A stretch of DNA of 63,784 nucleotides from NCBI GenBank assembly GCA_031272095.1, contig JAISUM010000023.1:1-63784 (forward strand), read 5' to 3'. Each line of letters begins with the position of its first letter. Positions within the stretch are counted from its first letter, which is position 1. Made by a program: the position numbers and the translations under genes. Below are positions 37,531-48,138 of the stretch, in pieces. Origin of the DNA: Candidatus Symbiothrix sp. GTDB taxonomy: Bacteria > Bacteroidota > Bacteroidia > Bacteroidales > Azobacteroidaceae. Under the pieces are notes generated by a model. It searched no databases, was not told the DNA's origin, and worked only from the letters and a program-made list of their open reading frames with translations.

Positions 37531-39321
37531 TCATTTTCGATTCAGCGGCAGGTACCAGTTGTTGCGGTTCAGCAATTTCTGATACAAAGCCTCATCCCTG
37601 TTGGGATAGTTTTGTTTTCGCGCTACACGGTCGGCTAAAAAGTCTTCGCCGTAGTAGTTGGCAAAACGCATCAGATCTTGGAAGCGGTTGCCTTCAAAGG
37701 CGGTTTCTAATCCAAGTTCCTGCAAGATCATTTCATCGACATAACGTATTGCGGCGTCCTTGTTTTCTATGCTCCGCAATTCTTCCGGAATGATGTAGGT
37801 GGTGTCGGCTTCAGAGGCGCCGCAACCGCGTCCGTGAACGCCGATGCGTGTGTCGTCCGAAGAATACAGGGTTTCCGAGAAGGTGAAGAAATACGGGATG
37901 TTTTTCTGATACTGTATTTCTGTCGTTGTGTCGTCGATTTGCACTTCCACATCGTGGTAGATTTCCCAAGCCGAGATCATGGAGGTCGGCGTCGGGGTCG
38001 AGCCTATCATCACCGTATAGGTCGAGTCTATTTGCGAAGGATTCAGAATGCCGTATTTCAAGATCGAGAAAGCAGCCGACGGATAGCCTGCGTGGTTGAG
38101 CGCTTCGGCATAATGCATAAAGATGGTCGGCAAACGATAGAGATAGGCGCCGGTTAAATTCGGTATGCCATATTTCAAAATGATGGGAATAGAATCAATC
38201 GCTTCGGTAGATTTATACTTGGCATAAGAGTAAGTTACCTCTCCGACAGAAAACAGCGTAACACCGTTGGAAGCAGTATTTATTCCACGCATGTCTCCTG
38301 TGGTGTAGATATATTTGGGCAAGCCGGTATTTTCATCCGCATCTTTATAATTATAAGACTGACGGGCAAACATATCTATCGCGCCTTCGGAAGGCGTCAG
38401 CATCCAAGTACAACCGGATTGGAGTGATGAAGGATAGCTCATCATCGGCAATTTGGCAATCACTTCTTCCAAGTTCGATACAATCACAAAAGTCTGAACA
38501 TCACCATTATTGCTGGACGCGGACGAACTTTGAAATTCCGAATTATCCCACCTCAGATATCTCGACGTCAAAGAAGCATAGCTTGGATGTGTGTCGATAT
38601 AGTCTTTGTAGAGTTCCATTGCCGGCACATAGTTGCCCGTCCAAAGGTTGAGATCTGCCAAGAGCAATTGCGCTTTGATAAAATAATGGTCATCCATCGG
38701 ATAACCCGAATTGTTTTGAAGGCGTGCGGCATAGCGCAAGTTGCCTTCTTCTTTGGCAAGCAGACTTTCCAAATCGGTGATGCTCGCGCTCGGATCTTTG
38801 AGGATGGCGTCCTGATCTTGCGTCGAGAGTATCGGCTGCGTATAATAGGTTGCCTGTCCGAAGTTGAGTATCAGCTGCATATAGCACCATGCGCGGATTG
38901 CCGTAACCGACGCCCATTCTTTGAGAAACATTTGTTTGTTTTTCAGCGTATCGGCGTAGGTCAGGAAGAAGTTACAGCTATTGACCACATCGTAATAGAC
39001 CGACGCGCCCAAATAGGGATTGGCGTCTATTTCCTGTTGGGTTCCCCAGTTGAAGTTGTTGATAGCCTGCAAAGTTTTATCGGCTTCGGAGGTACAGTTC
39101 AACAGATCGCCGCGCAGTTCGCCTGTCAGGACGTAAGCATCGACCACTCGTTGCAGTTTGGAAAAGATACCGAGCGTGGTATATAAGGTATCTTTTGGGG
39201 GAGTTACTTCGAGCGACTGGTCAAATTCGGTTTTCAGCATACTGTCGCAAGAGACCAGCCCGCAAGCGGCAGTAATGATCAGGCAGCTGACCCACTGTTT
39301 CATATTAAATTTATTTTTCAT
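37531..39321 (-). CDS. SusD/RagB-family lipoprotein
   Basis: Lipobox LVSC, GELRGD, YYDVVNSCN, IRAWCYMQL and ETAFEGNRFQDLMRF. Confidence 0.92.
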   Translation of the reverse strand: MKNKFNMKQWVSCLIITAACGLVSCDSMLKTEFDQSLEVTPPKDTLYTTLGIFSKLQRVVDAYVLTGELRGDLLNCTSEADKTLQAINNFNWGTQQEIDANPYLGASVYYDVVNSCNFFLTYADTLKNKQMFLKEWASVTAIRAWCYMQLILNFGQATYYTQPILSTQDQDAILKDPSASITDLESLLAKEEGNLRYAARLQNNSGYPMDDHYFIKAQLLLADLNLWTGNYVPAMELYKDYIDTHPSYASLTSRYLRWDNSEFQSSSASSNNGDVQTFVIVSNLEEVIAKLPMMSYPSSLQSGCTWMLTPSEGAIDMFARQSYNYKDADENTGLPKYIYTTGDMRGINTASNGVTLFSVGEVTYSYAKYKSTEAIDSIPIILKYGIPNLTGAYLYRLPTIFMHYAEALNHAGYPSAAFSILKYGILNPSQIDSTYTVMIGSTPTPTSMISAWEIYHDVEVQIDDTTTEIQYQKNIPYFFTFSETLYSSDDTRIGVHGRGCGASEADTTYIIPEELRSIENKDAAIRYVDEMILQELGLETAFEGNRFQDLMRFANYYGEDFLADRVARKQNYPNRDEALYQKLLNRNNWYLPLNRK

Positions 39322-39333
39322 TCTGTCTATTTT

Positions 39334-42300
39334 TTACAAATTGAATTTTAATCCTACATAAAAACTCTTCGACAAGGGTGTCAAACCGGCGTCGATGCCT
39401 TGATAGATCACTTTGTTGTTCATCGCAAATTCGGGATCGCTGCCCAGATATTGCGACCAAGTCCAGAGGTTGTTAGCCGACGCCCAGACGGTGATTCCCT
39501 GCAAATAGGGAGAATCGAAGGGGATGTCGTAAGACAGCGTTATTGTTTTCAGGCGGAAATAAGAGCCGTCTTCTATCCAACGATCGGAGAACAGATTGTT
39601 GCCGTTGGGGTCGCCGTAAGCGGCTTTCGGCACCATTGTTTTGTCGCCTTCCGTTTGCCAGCGCGAAGCTACTGCCACCGTTTGGTTGTAGAAAGTCGAG
39701 CCGGATTCCAATTGCGAACGGACATAATTATAGACATCGTTTCCGACCGAATAGTTGCACAGCACGTCCAAAGTGATGCGTTTGTATTTGAAACGGTTGG
39801 AGATGCTGCCATAGAAATCGGGGTTGGGGTCGCCGATGATTTGTTTGTCGTCGTCGCTGATTTTGCTGTCGAAGTTGTTATCGGCAAAATGCACGTCGCC
39901 TGCCTGATAATAGAGGGCTTTACCGCTGGCGTCTTCACGATAGAGCCCTGATTGTGCGGCTTCGGCGGAGGTAGAGAACACGCCGAGTGTGCGGTAGCCG
40001 TAGAATACGCCGACCGGATATCCTACTGCCGTCAGCACCGTGCCGTCGAGAATGTCGGTGGTGAAATCGCCATCGGGCAAGGACTTGATTTTATTGGTAT
40101 AGTGTGCAATGCCTGCGCTCAAAGACCATGCAAAATCGCGTTTGTTGAGCAGTTTCAGGTCGAAACCAAACTCGTAGCCGTAGTTTTCGAGGCTGCCGCC
40201 GTTGCTCCAATAAGATTGCAAACCGGAGATAGCGTCCAATCGTTTCAGTGTCAGCAAGTTGCTGGTTTGGCTGTTGAACAGGTCAAACGACAGGGTCAGG
40301 CGCTCGTTGAAGAGGTGCGCATCCAAGCCGAGGTTGGCTTTTGCGGTCGTTTCCCATTGAATCGCCTTGTTTTTGATATTTGCCAACTGCAAACCGTTGT
40401 ATTTTCCGGAAAACTTAATGGTCGTCAGGAAGGCGCGTCCGGCGTAGGTACTGATGTCGTCATTACCGGTCAAGCCGTAGCCTGCGCGTAATTTCAACAG
40501 GTTGATAGCCGTTACTTTCGACATAAAGTCTTCGGACGAGATCAGCCATGCGCCCGAAAGCGATGGGAAGATTGCCCAATCGACGCCCATCAGACTGACG
40601 CCCGATGTTTCGGTTCCGAAGCGCGACGAGGCGTCGGCGGCTGCGGTGATGGTGGCGAAATATTTCTTTTGATAGTTGTAATCGGCGTTCAGATACCACG
40701 ACATGGATTTCCACTGGTCGTCGGCGCCGGTAACAAAAGCGTTGTTCTCTTCCGATTTGCCTTTCAAGACCTTGATATTGTCGTTGCCGGTGTTATAGCC
40801 TTTAGGCAAGTCGGATTCGTAATCGTTGGTGATGTAGCGGAAACCGCCCAAGATCGACATATTGTGTTCGGTCGGCAGCATCGGCAAATCCCATTTCAGA
40901 CGGGTGTCGGTAGAGATGGTCATTTGGCGTTGCGTCAAGTCGCGCACTTCGTTGGTGGCGGTGCTACCATTCGGCAACTGCTGCGGTGCGATCCCTATCT
41001 CCGGGATAAAGAACGATTCTTTGACGGTAGTCAAACCGTAGTTAAACAGTTCGGACACTGTCCAATGCTTATTGATTTGCCAAACCGGCTGCACACGCAT
41101 ATTGAAAGTCAAGCGCGAATTGGTGCCCATTGCATCTTCAATCAGGGCTACGGGGTTGGAAACCTGTCGGTAGGCAACCGGATCAAGCGCATCGGCTAGT
41201 TCCTTTGTTGACGACGGATTTCCGGAAGCATCGAGTCCGTAAGCCGTTAAGATCGGCGCTTTGATCAATGCGATAAATTCGGGCGTCGATACGGTGCCTA
41301 CGCCCTGATCGCGCAGGGTGCGGGTGACTCTTCCGAGCGAAATATCGACAGCTGTTTTCAGCTTGTCGTTGATTTTGATGTCGGAATTGAATCGTGCGGT
41401 GATCTTGTCCATACCGGTATTTTTCACAACGCCGTCGGCGGAGGTATAGCCCATCGAGAAGTTATAGAGTGCAATGTCGTCGCCGCCATTGACGTTCAAC
41501 GAATAGCTTTGTGCGAAGCCGTTTTGATAGACATAATCCGACCAGTCGGTATCCTGATGATATTTGGCATAATCCTGTTTGGAAGGATCTTCTTCCATAA
41601 ACGGATAGCGGAGCGGGATGGCTGTTTCGAGCGTCGAGCGGTCATATCCGAGATAGTCCACCCATTGCGAGACGACTTGTTCCTGCGCGTAATTGCGATA
41701 TTGCGTTGCGTTCATCATTTTTGGCAAGCGGGGTTTCAGGTTGGAGCCTGCATAAATATTGGCGACGATGCGGGTGGTCATATCCTTACCGCGAGTGGTT
41801 TTGATGAGGATCACGCCGTTAGCGCCTTTGCTGCCGTAGAGCGAATTGCCGTCTTTCAGCACGGTAATGCTTTCGATGTCTTTCACATCTATATTGGCAA
41901 GCGGGTCGGAGAAAAATCCTTCGTGTACGGAGGTGTTATCCCACTGATTGTCCCAAATCACGTCATCCACGATGATCAGCGGTTGTGCGTTGGCATTCAA
42001 GGAGTTGATACCTCGAATAAACATTACTGCGCCTACGCCGGGCGTCCCCGAACGGGTGATGGCGCGTACGTCGCTACTCATACGGGCTTCGATGTCGGTT
42101 TCGACTGCCATAGCGGTGGATCGGGAGAAATCCGTTTCCATGTTGGCTGCTTGTGTGGCAATCGTTTTGCGGTCTGTACCGAGCAAGGTGGCGAGGTCGC
42201 CGTAGCCGGAGTTAAAATGCGCCGGATACAGATTGAGGTCGATTTGCGTTCTGCCTTGCAGCGGGATTTCACGCGCCGCATAATCGGGCAAGGTTACCAA

Positions 42301-42576
42301 CAAGACTTCGTGCAGCGTCGGCACGTTGATTTTGTAAGCGCCATTTTCGTCGGTCATGGCGGAAATGCGTTTATCGGCTACCCACAGCTGGACGCCCATC
42401 AAAGGCTTGCCTGTCAGTTCGTCTGTTACTTTACCCGTAACCGTCAGCGTATCGGGTTTGATTTCCTGAGCCGATAGCGTACCGCAAGTTGCTAAAAGCA
42501 TCCCCACGAAGACGCTTGCCGCCATCGTTTGACGAAAACCATATTTCAGTCGCTCTATCAAATTATATTTTGTCAT
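39334..42576 (-). CDS. SusC/RagA TonB-dependent transporter
   Basis: IRGINS, PLIIVDD, DIESITVLKD..LYGSKGANGVILIKT, IQWETT, IIGDPNPDFYG and IEDGSYFRLK. Confidence 0.95.
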   Translation of the reverse strand: MTKYNLIERLKYGFRQTMAASVFVGMLLATCGTLSAQEIKPDTLTVTGKVTDELTGKPLMGVQLWVADKRISAMTDENGAYKINVPTLHEVLLVTLPDYAAREIPLQGRTQIDLNLYPAHFNSGYGDLATLLGTDRKTIATQAANMETDFSRSTAMAVETDIEARMSSDVRAITRSGTPGVGAVMFIRGINSLNANAQPLIIVDDVIWDNQWDNTSVHEGFFSDPLANIDVKDIESITVLKDGNSLYGSKGANGVILIKTTRGKDMTTRIVANIYAGSNLKPRLPKMMNATQYRNYAQEQVVSQWVDYLGYDRSTLETAIPLRYPFMEEDPSKQDYAKYHQDTDWSDYVYQNGFAQSYSLNVNGGDDIALYNFSMGYTSADGVVKNTGMDKITARFNSDIKINDKLKTAVDISLGRVTRTLRDQGVGTVSTPEFIALIKAPILTAYGLDASGNPSSTKELADALDPVAYRQVSNPVALIEDAMGTNSRLTFNMRVQPVWQINKHWTVSELFNYGLTTVKESFFIPEIGIAPQQLPNGSTATNEVRDLTQRQMTISTDTRLKWDLPMLPTEHNMSILGGFRYITNDYESDLPKGYNTGNDNIKVLKGKSEENNAFVTGADDQWKSMSWYLNADYNYQKKYFATITAAADASSRFGTETSGVSLMGVDWAIFPSLSGAWLISSEDFMSKVTAINLLKLRAGYGLTGNDDISTYAGRAFLTTIKFSGKYNGLQLANIKNKAIQWETTAKANLGLDAHLFNERLTLSFDLFNSQTSNLLTLKRLDAISGLQSYWSNGGSLENYGYEFGFDLKLLNKRDFAWSLSAGIAHYTNKIKSLPDGDFTTDILDGTVLTAVGYPVGVFYGYRTLGVFSTSAEAAQSGLYREDASGKALYYQAGDVHFADNNFDSKISDDDKQIIGDPNPDFYGSISNRFKYKRITLDVLCNYSVGNDVYNYVRSQLESGSTFYNQTVAVASRWQTEGDKTMVPKAAYGDPNGNNLFSDRWIEDGSYFRLKTITLSYDIPFDSPYLQGITVWASANNLWTWSQYLGSDPEFAMNNKVIYQGIDAGLTPLSKSFYVGLKFNL

Positions 42577-42604
42577 ACTTAAAATAATTTACACAATTAA
42601 CATA

Positions 42605-44308
42605 TTAGTGAACCGGTTCTAATTCTATACAGTCGATCAACATTCGGTTGTTATATCCTTGTCTGGCTTGGCTATTGCTGATATAGGCAACAATTTTGAC
42701 CCTGACCGTATTGACGTCTTCGCCATAATTGGCTTCCGGAAAAGTGAAATTTTCCGCCAGCAAAATCCTCTTGGGGACAATGCTATCCGACGCGGCGCCT
42801 TCCGTCCCTTCTTTATCTTGGGCAGCCGTTGTTTTACCATCTTTTCCGGATCCGATCAAAGACGTCCAGACTTTATCGTCGTATTTGGCATACTTGGTCG
42901 AACGGTCTAACTGCTGAATATCGTAACGGATAATGGTTCTTTCGCTCTTGACATTCCATTCCCACCAGTTGGGCAACAACCTTACATAGATATTGTAGGT
43001 GGCATGCAGGGTGTTGGGTATTTCTATCAGGGCGAAAATATGTGTAGTTACCGCTTGTGCCGTGTTGTTGACCGCCAAATAGCCGTGATTGGAAATATCG
43101 GAGCGACTCCAATTGTAACGCCCTCTGAGCAAATTGTTTGTTTCGTAATCCACAAATCCGTCGGATTGTTTTTCGCGTCCGCGCCACAGATTGGCGTTTT
43201 CTGCTTCTACGGTCATCTTGCGTTGCCACGATTCCCAAGCCGACAGGTCGTAGTTATCGACCACATAGACTTTGCCGTTGCTTGCTTCATATTCGGTAGC
43301 GCCTGCGAACAAGTGCGACGGATCGTAGAAGACGGCGCCGCGTGTCGATACCAAAGAGTCGGCAGCGCCATAAACATTCGGATCGATGCGTCCTCTGAAC
43401 ACCAAGTCCTGCACAACGGCATATTGCGTATTCATGCGCTGCAAGGAATCGGCGTCGGTGGCGGTGGTGTAGAAATAGGGTTTGATCCGGTCATAAGCTG
43501 CCGTCCAAGCCTGATTGGTCGGAACGATCATCGTATAGATGCTGTCTTCGTTATCGATATATCCCAAGCCTTTGTCATTGAGGTTATAAAGGATTGTATT
43601 ACTTTTGGTGAAGACCGAATCGTAGAGTGTCAGCCCTTCTTCGTTGTAGTCCAATTCTTTCGACATGCTGACGTTGAAGGTCAAGGTATCGAAAGGATAG
43701 AGGTAGGCGCGTATGGAGTCTAAATTGTTCAGCGCCAAGTATTCCCAGATATTGCGCACGAAAGCGATCGGGCTGTCTATCGTATGCAGCACGCCGTTGG
43801 ACGCCAGCATATTGGCGGTTGCCAGGCGGTTGCCGTTGACGGTATAGCCTCCTGCGGGGGTGCCGAGAAACTTGATTTGTTTGCTGTTGACGGAATAGAT
43901 GATATTATCGCGATTTTGCGCGCCTGCATCGGTAAGCGCCAAGCGGTTGCCGGATGCGTTGTGTATAAAGCGGGCAAGATGGATGCCTACCAAGTTTTTG
44001 ACGTCGGTCGGGTCTGACGCATCAAAATCTTTCAAAGCCTCGTTGGTGGGCGCCCATACGGTATAGAGCGCCGATCCCTGAAGCAAGTCGGCATAGCCGC
44101 TTTGTTCCAGCAGGGTTTTGAAGGTGGACAAATCGGGATTTTCGCTGATCAATTCTATCAGCGTCTTGTCGGCTTTTGCTCCTTTGCTTTTGTAGTAATC
44201 GTTGAAATGATCGCTACAAGCCATGTAGGACAAGCTCCCGATGAGCAATAGCATGATGCCTGCATATTTGAACAGGCTTGTTTTTTTCTGTATCATTGTT
44301 TTATTCAT
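42605..44308 (-). CDS. Fasciclin (FAS1) domain lipoprotein
   Basis: Lipobox YMAC, YTVWAPTNEAL, ASNGVLHTID, YTMIVPTNQAW and ASNGKVYVV. Confidence 0.88.
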   Translation of the reverse strand: MNKTMIQKKTSLFKYAGIMLLLIGSLSYMACSDHFNDYYKSKGAKADKTLIELISENPDLSTFKTLLEQSGYADLLQGSALYTVWAPTNEALKDFDASDPTDVKNLVGIHLARFIHNASGNRLALTDAGAQNRDNIIYSVNSKQIKFLGTPAGGYTVNGNRLATANMLASNGVLHTIDSPIAFVRNIWEYLALNNLDSIRAYLYPFDTLTFNVSMSKELDYNEEGLTLYDSVFTKSNTILYNLNDKGLGYIDNEDSIYTMIVPTNQAWTAAYDRIKPYFYTTATDADSLQRMNTQYAVVQDLVFRGRIDPNVYGAADSLVSTRGAVFYDPSHLFAGATEYEASNGKVYVVDNYDLSAWESWQRKMTVEAENANLWRGREKQSDGFVDYETNNLLRGRYNWSRSDISNHGYLAVNNTAQAVTTHIFALIEIPNTLHATYNIYVRLLPNWWEWNVKSERTIIRYDIQQLDRSTKYAKYDDKVWTSLIGSGKDGKTTAAQDKEGTEGAASDSIVPKRILLAENFTFPEANYGEDVNTVRVKIVAYISNSQARQGYNNRMLIDCIELEPVH

Positions 44309-44322
44309 ATTTCATTAGTAAA

Positions 44323-46356
44323 TCAGTCAACGCTTTCTATTTGGGTATAATAGGCTTCCGGCACCAGTTCGATATAATCCAGCATCAGTTCGCGGTAATC
44401 CACTTCTTCCACTGATTTGATATGCAAATAATGCGGTTGGGTATCCTTAATATACTCTCTCAACAATATTTTACGGACGTTGGTAGAGAAGTCCCATTGG
44501 CTTTGGTCGGTCATACCCAGTTCCGTCCAACCGCTTTTGATTGCTGCAGAACCTTGCATCCAACCTCTGTTACGCATGTCGCGCAGGTTTTCCAAGCCTT
44601 TCTGAACATTGTCTTCCGTCCAGCCGGTTTTACCGATTTTGATATTTTTGTCGGCGCCGATCACGTCGCCGTATTTATCGGAGATACGCATATTCAAGGG
44701 GATCCCCATCGGTTTGCCGTCGAAATAGATTTGGGCGACGCCGCGTTCGGAGTTTGCCGTATAGCCGATGCGTACTTCCCAAGTTGTTCCTCCGGGTACC
44801 GGCGGGAGACGCAGGGTGAAATCATATTTGCCGGACATGATAAATTCGTCGGCGTCCAAGTTGTTCCATCCCACAGTGCCGCGATAGAAGACTTGCGTTT
44901 CCTGTGTACTGACCAAGTATTTTCCGAAGAAACTCTTGTCATCAGTGCCTTCGACCAAATGCGGGAAGAGGTAGCCTGATTTTGAATTTCCGCGCAGTTT
45001 GTTGGTTGCCATAGCGGGGAAGAGCGCTGCCATATCTATACGGATACGTTTGGTTCTCAGCAGTGCGGGCATTCCTTCAAAAGTCAGCATACCGGTCAAG
45101 CCGTGATAGACGCCATTGATCGAAACATTGTGGTCGCAATCGTTGGGGTCGATCCGCACTTCGGATTTGCCGTCCTGTTTGTTGAAGATCACGCCGCCGT
45201 TTTTGACGTCGTATTCGGCTTCCAAAATTGTATTCGGGCAGAGGGTTTCCATATATTCATAGACCGGATAGGAGGTACCGCCGCCGTAATAGCTTTTGGT
45301 GGCGCGATCGGCGAAAAATTCGCTTCTCATCAGCAAGCGGTCTAAGAGGTGGTAAGACACAAAGCGGTTCAGACTGTTGCGTCGGTCGGTGATGTCGCTC
45401 ACGTCGGCGTCTTCGGGATAGAGTTCGTCGTAGATGCGGGCGGCATATTTTTTCAGGTTATCCCACGATTTGGCAGTGTCGCCTTCGACAAAGATACCGG
45501 CTTTTTTCAACACGGCGTCGCTTTCGGCGAGAATGGTGTAGCCGATATTACAGATTTCAGGCGTTTTGATCGGGTTGCCGGTAGAGCCGGGGAGTGAACG
45601 TGCTTTGGGAGCCATACCCGTTCCTTCGGGGTCTTCAAAAGCGCGACCTTCGTCGTAGCCGGTATTCCGATAGTCGAGCATCGAATCTGCCAAACCGGTC
45701 ATATACAATGCCCTGCCGAAGATGGTGTAAGCGGGATCCGTCAAGATCACGTCGGCGATGGCTGAGGTCGAGAACTGAATCACATGATCTACGGTATAGA
45801 CCACGCCGTTCAGCGCTGTGATGTCCAAGACTTTATTGGCGTCAGGATCGGTTTCGTAGATATTGTCGATATACATTGCTTGGGCATTTTCCATCGTATA
45901 AATCAAATCGCCGGTGATAGAATCGGAGCTGACTCTCGATGTGATAAACCGATTGGTCAAGGTCCATTTGGTGATAGGCAAGTTATCGGCATCGAAGACT
46001 TCCGACGAATTTTCACCGCTTATGATGTGGTCGAAAGCTACTTTGCGTTTTTCTTTCGCCACCTGGTCGGGGTCTAATTCGTCCCATTCACTTTCTTTTT
46101 CTGCATAGAATTGCAGCATAGCTTCGTTGGTAGGCGCTAATACTGTGTAATAGCCGTATGCGCTGAGCAAACCGTCCACTTTTGTTTCTTTCAACAAAGA
46201 TAGAAATTCGGAATACAATTCAGGTCGTTTTTCCAAATAGCTAACAATCAAATCATCCTGTAAAGGAGCGTAAGTTGCGCCGCCTGCCGGGTCCTGACAG
46301 GAATTTACCGAAGTCAGCAGCAAACAAAAACTTAAAAAATAATACAGCTTTTTCAT
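44323..46356 (-). CDS. Fasciclin (FAS1) domain lipoprotein
   Basis: Lipobox VNSC, YTVLAPTNEAM, ALNGVVYTVDHV and GYTILAESD. Confidence 0.88.
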   Translation of the reverse strand: MKKLYYFLSFCLLLTSVNSCQDPAGGATYAPLQDDLIVSYLEKRPELYSEFLSLLKETKVDGLLSAYGYYTVLAPTNEAMLQFYAEKESEWDELDPDQVAKEKRKVAFDHIISGENSSEVFDADNLPITKWTLTNRFITSRVSSDSITGDLIYTMENAQAMYIDNIYETDPDANKVLDITALNGVVYTVDHVIQFSTSAIADVILTDPAYTIFGRALYMTGLADSMLDYRNTGYDEGRAFEDPEGTGMAPKARSLPGSTGNPIKTPEICNIGYTILAESDAVLKKAGIFVEGDTAKSWDNLKKYAARIYDELYPEDADVSDITDRRNSLNRFVSYHLLDRLLMRSEFFADRATKSYYGGGTSYPVYEYMETLCPNTILEAEYDVKNGGVIFNKQDGKSEVRIDPNDCDHNVSINGVYHGLTGMLTFEGMPALLRTKRIRIDMAALFPAMATNKLRGNSKSGYLFPHLVEGTDDKSFFGKYLVSTQETQVFYRGTVGWNNLDADEFIMSGKYDFTLRLPPVPGGTTWEVRIGYTANSERGVAQIYFDGKPMGIPLNMRISDKYGDVIGADKNIKIGKTGWTEDNVQKGLENLRDMRNRGWMQGSAAIKSGWTELGMTDQSQWDFSTNVRKILLREYIKDTQPHYLHIKSVEEVDYRELMLDYIELVPEAYYTQIESVD

Positions 46357-46396
46357 ATTGCGTTATATTTTAATTTGTTATTATTCATTATTCTAT

Positions 46397-48115
46397 TTAT
46401 TTTTTACTGTCGAATCCTTTATAGGGATTGGCGTGTAAGTTAGGGTTAGCGTCTATCTCGTCTTTGTGAATCGGGAGATAGATAGCTCCGGGCGATTTCA
46501 ATTTGGATTCTATCAGGTCGCTGATCTCGGAACTGTAATCGCCTTTCAACATATTCAAGGCTTCGGTGCGGGCGTTCTCGCTTTTACGCATATAGCGCAG
46601 CAGGTCGAACCAGCGTTTGCCTTCAAACATAAATTCGCGGCGGCGTTCGTCCAAAACCAATTTGGAAATACTTCCCGTCAGTTTCAGCTCTTTGTTTTTG
46701 ACGTCGGCGCGGGCATAGACTTTGTTTACCAAATCCAGCGCTTCCTGTTGTGCTGCAGCGTCGCCATAACGTTCGGAACGTTCTGCCAATGCTTCGGCTT
46801 TCATCAGGTAGATGTCCGGCACGCGATAAATGATCCAGTCGAAATTGCGAGAGCTGTTAGCAAACGAAGCCGTAACGGAGGTGTTGGTTCCGGAGACGGT
46901 GGTGGACATCCTCATAACAACATATTTGAGGATTCGCCAAGTATTGTCCTGCGAACTCATTTGATAGCTGTTGGTATTTTTGCGGATGTCGTCGTTGGGA
47001 TAAGCATAAGCGCCTGCAGAGTTTTTTGTGGCATAAATATGCTGGGTAGAGTTGTCGCCATAGATGCTGCGCACGGTACTGCTGGTGTTACTGTTATCGA
47101 ATTGCAATTCAAAAATGCTTTCGTCGCTGTTGCCGGTATAGAAGACTTGTTGATAATAGTCGCCCCAACCATTGCCGCTATAGTCGGCATTTTCGTTCTG
47201 TACTAATTTCAATTCGGCGCCGGTAAACTGCTGGTTAAGACGCCAGTCCTCGTCCGAGAGGATGAAAGGCATCACCCGATCGCAGGCGTCGATGCAAGTC
47301 TGATAGTATGCCTGACGTTTGGTTTCGTCGGTGGTCATACTTGCCTGCCAGAGTGCGATGTCGGCAATCAAAGCGCGGACAGCGTTTTTGGTGATTCGTC
47401 CTTTGGTTTGTCTGCGAATAGACGAAATATAAGAAGAGGTGCCTAAATTCGGTGTATATACCGTGTAACCATGCGTCAGCGGCGCATAGCGTTCGGCTGT
47501 TTCCAACTGCACCAACATCGAATCCAAAATCATCGTTCCGTATTCACCGAAAGGTGCATCTTTGCTGACGCAATTCGGATAATCGGTCGGCTGTGTATCG
47601 TCCAAATAAGGGAAGTCGATATACGGCACGTCGCCATAGAGTCTGACCAAATAGAAATACGCCCAAGCCCGTATTGCATAGGCTTCCGCTTCGTGCATGT
47701 GTTCGCGACCCAGCGTGTAATTCGGGTCTTTTTTCGCTACTTCCGGCGCAAATTTCAAGATACGATTGCAATAATTGATCAGGGTATAGAAACTGTTCCA
47801 TTTGGAATATGCGTTGTCGTCTTTATTACGCAACATCATGATATTTTGCCAGGCGGCTGCAATCTGCGTTCCCATTTTTTGTTTATCAACATTGTCCGAA
47901 CGCAATTCGCTGCCGATAATGATGCGCTCCATAATCGCGTCGCCGACCATCACTTTGTAAGTGGCATTGATTGACGATTCCACGTCGCCGTAGGTTTGCC
48001 AAAAATCTTCTTCCACCAAGTTGTCTAATGGCTTGATGTCTAACCAATCCTGACAAGCGACGCCTGTCATTGTCAAAACTACTATTGTTAACAGATATTT
48101 ATACATATTTTTCAT
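46397..48115 (-). CDS. SusD/RagB-family lipoprotein
   Basis: Lipobox GVAC, FYTLINYCN, IRAWAYFYLVRLYGDVP and ERRREFMFEGKRWFDLLR. Confidence 0.95.
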   Translation of the reverse strand: MKNMYKYLLTIVVLTMTGVACQDWLDIKPLDNLVEEDFWQTYGDVESSINATYKVMVGDAIMERIIIGSELRSDNVDKQKMGTQIAAAWQNIMMLRNKDDNAYSKWNSFYTLINYCNRILKFAPEVAKKDPNYTLGREHMHEAEAYAIRAWAYFYLVRLYGDVPYIDFPYLDDTQPTDYPNCVSKDAPFGEYGTMILDSMLVQLETAERYAPLTHGYTVYTPNLGTSSYISSIRRQTKGRITKNAVRALIADIALWQASMTTDETKRQAYYQTCIDACDRVMPFILSDEDWRLNQQFTGAELKLVQNENADYSGNGWGDYYQQVFYTGNSDESIFELQFDNSNTSSTVRSIYGDNSTQHIYATKNSAGAYAYPNDDIRKNTNSYQMSSQDNTWRILKYVVMRMSTTVSGTNTSVTASFANSSRNFDWIIYRVPDIYLMKAEALAERSERYGDAAAQQEALDLVNKVYARADVKNKELKLTGSISKLVLDERRREFMFEGKRWFDLLRYMRKSENARTEALNMLKGDYSSEISDLIESKLKSPGAIYLPIHKDEIDANPNLHANPYKGFDSKK

Positions 48116-48138
48116 CTTTATTTCTCCTTATTTTTAGA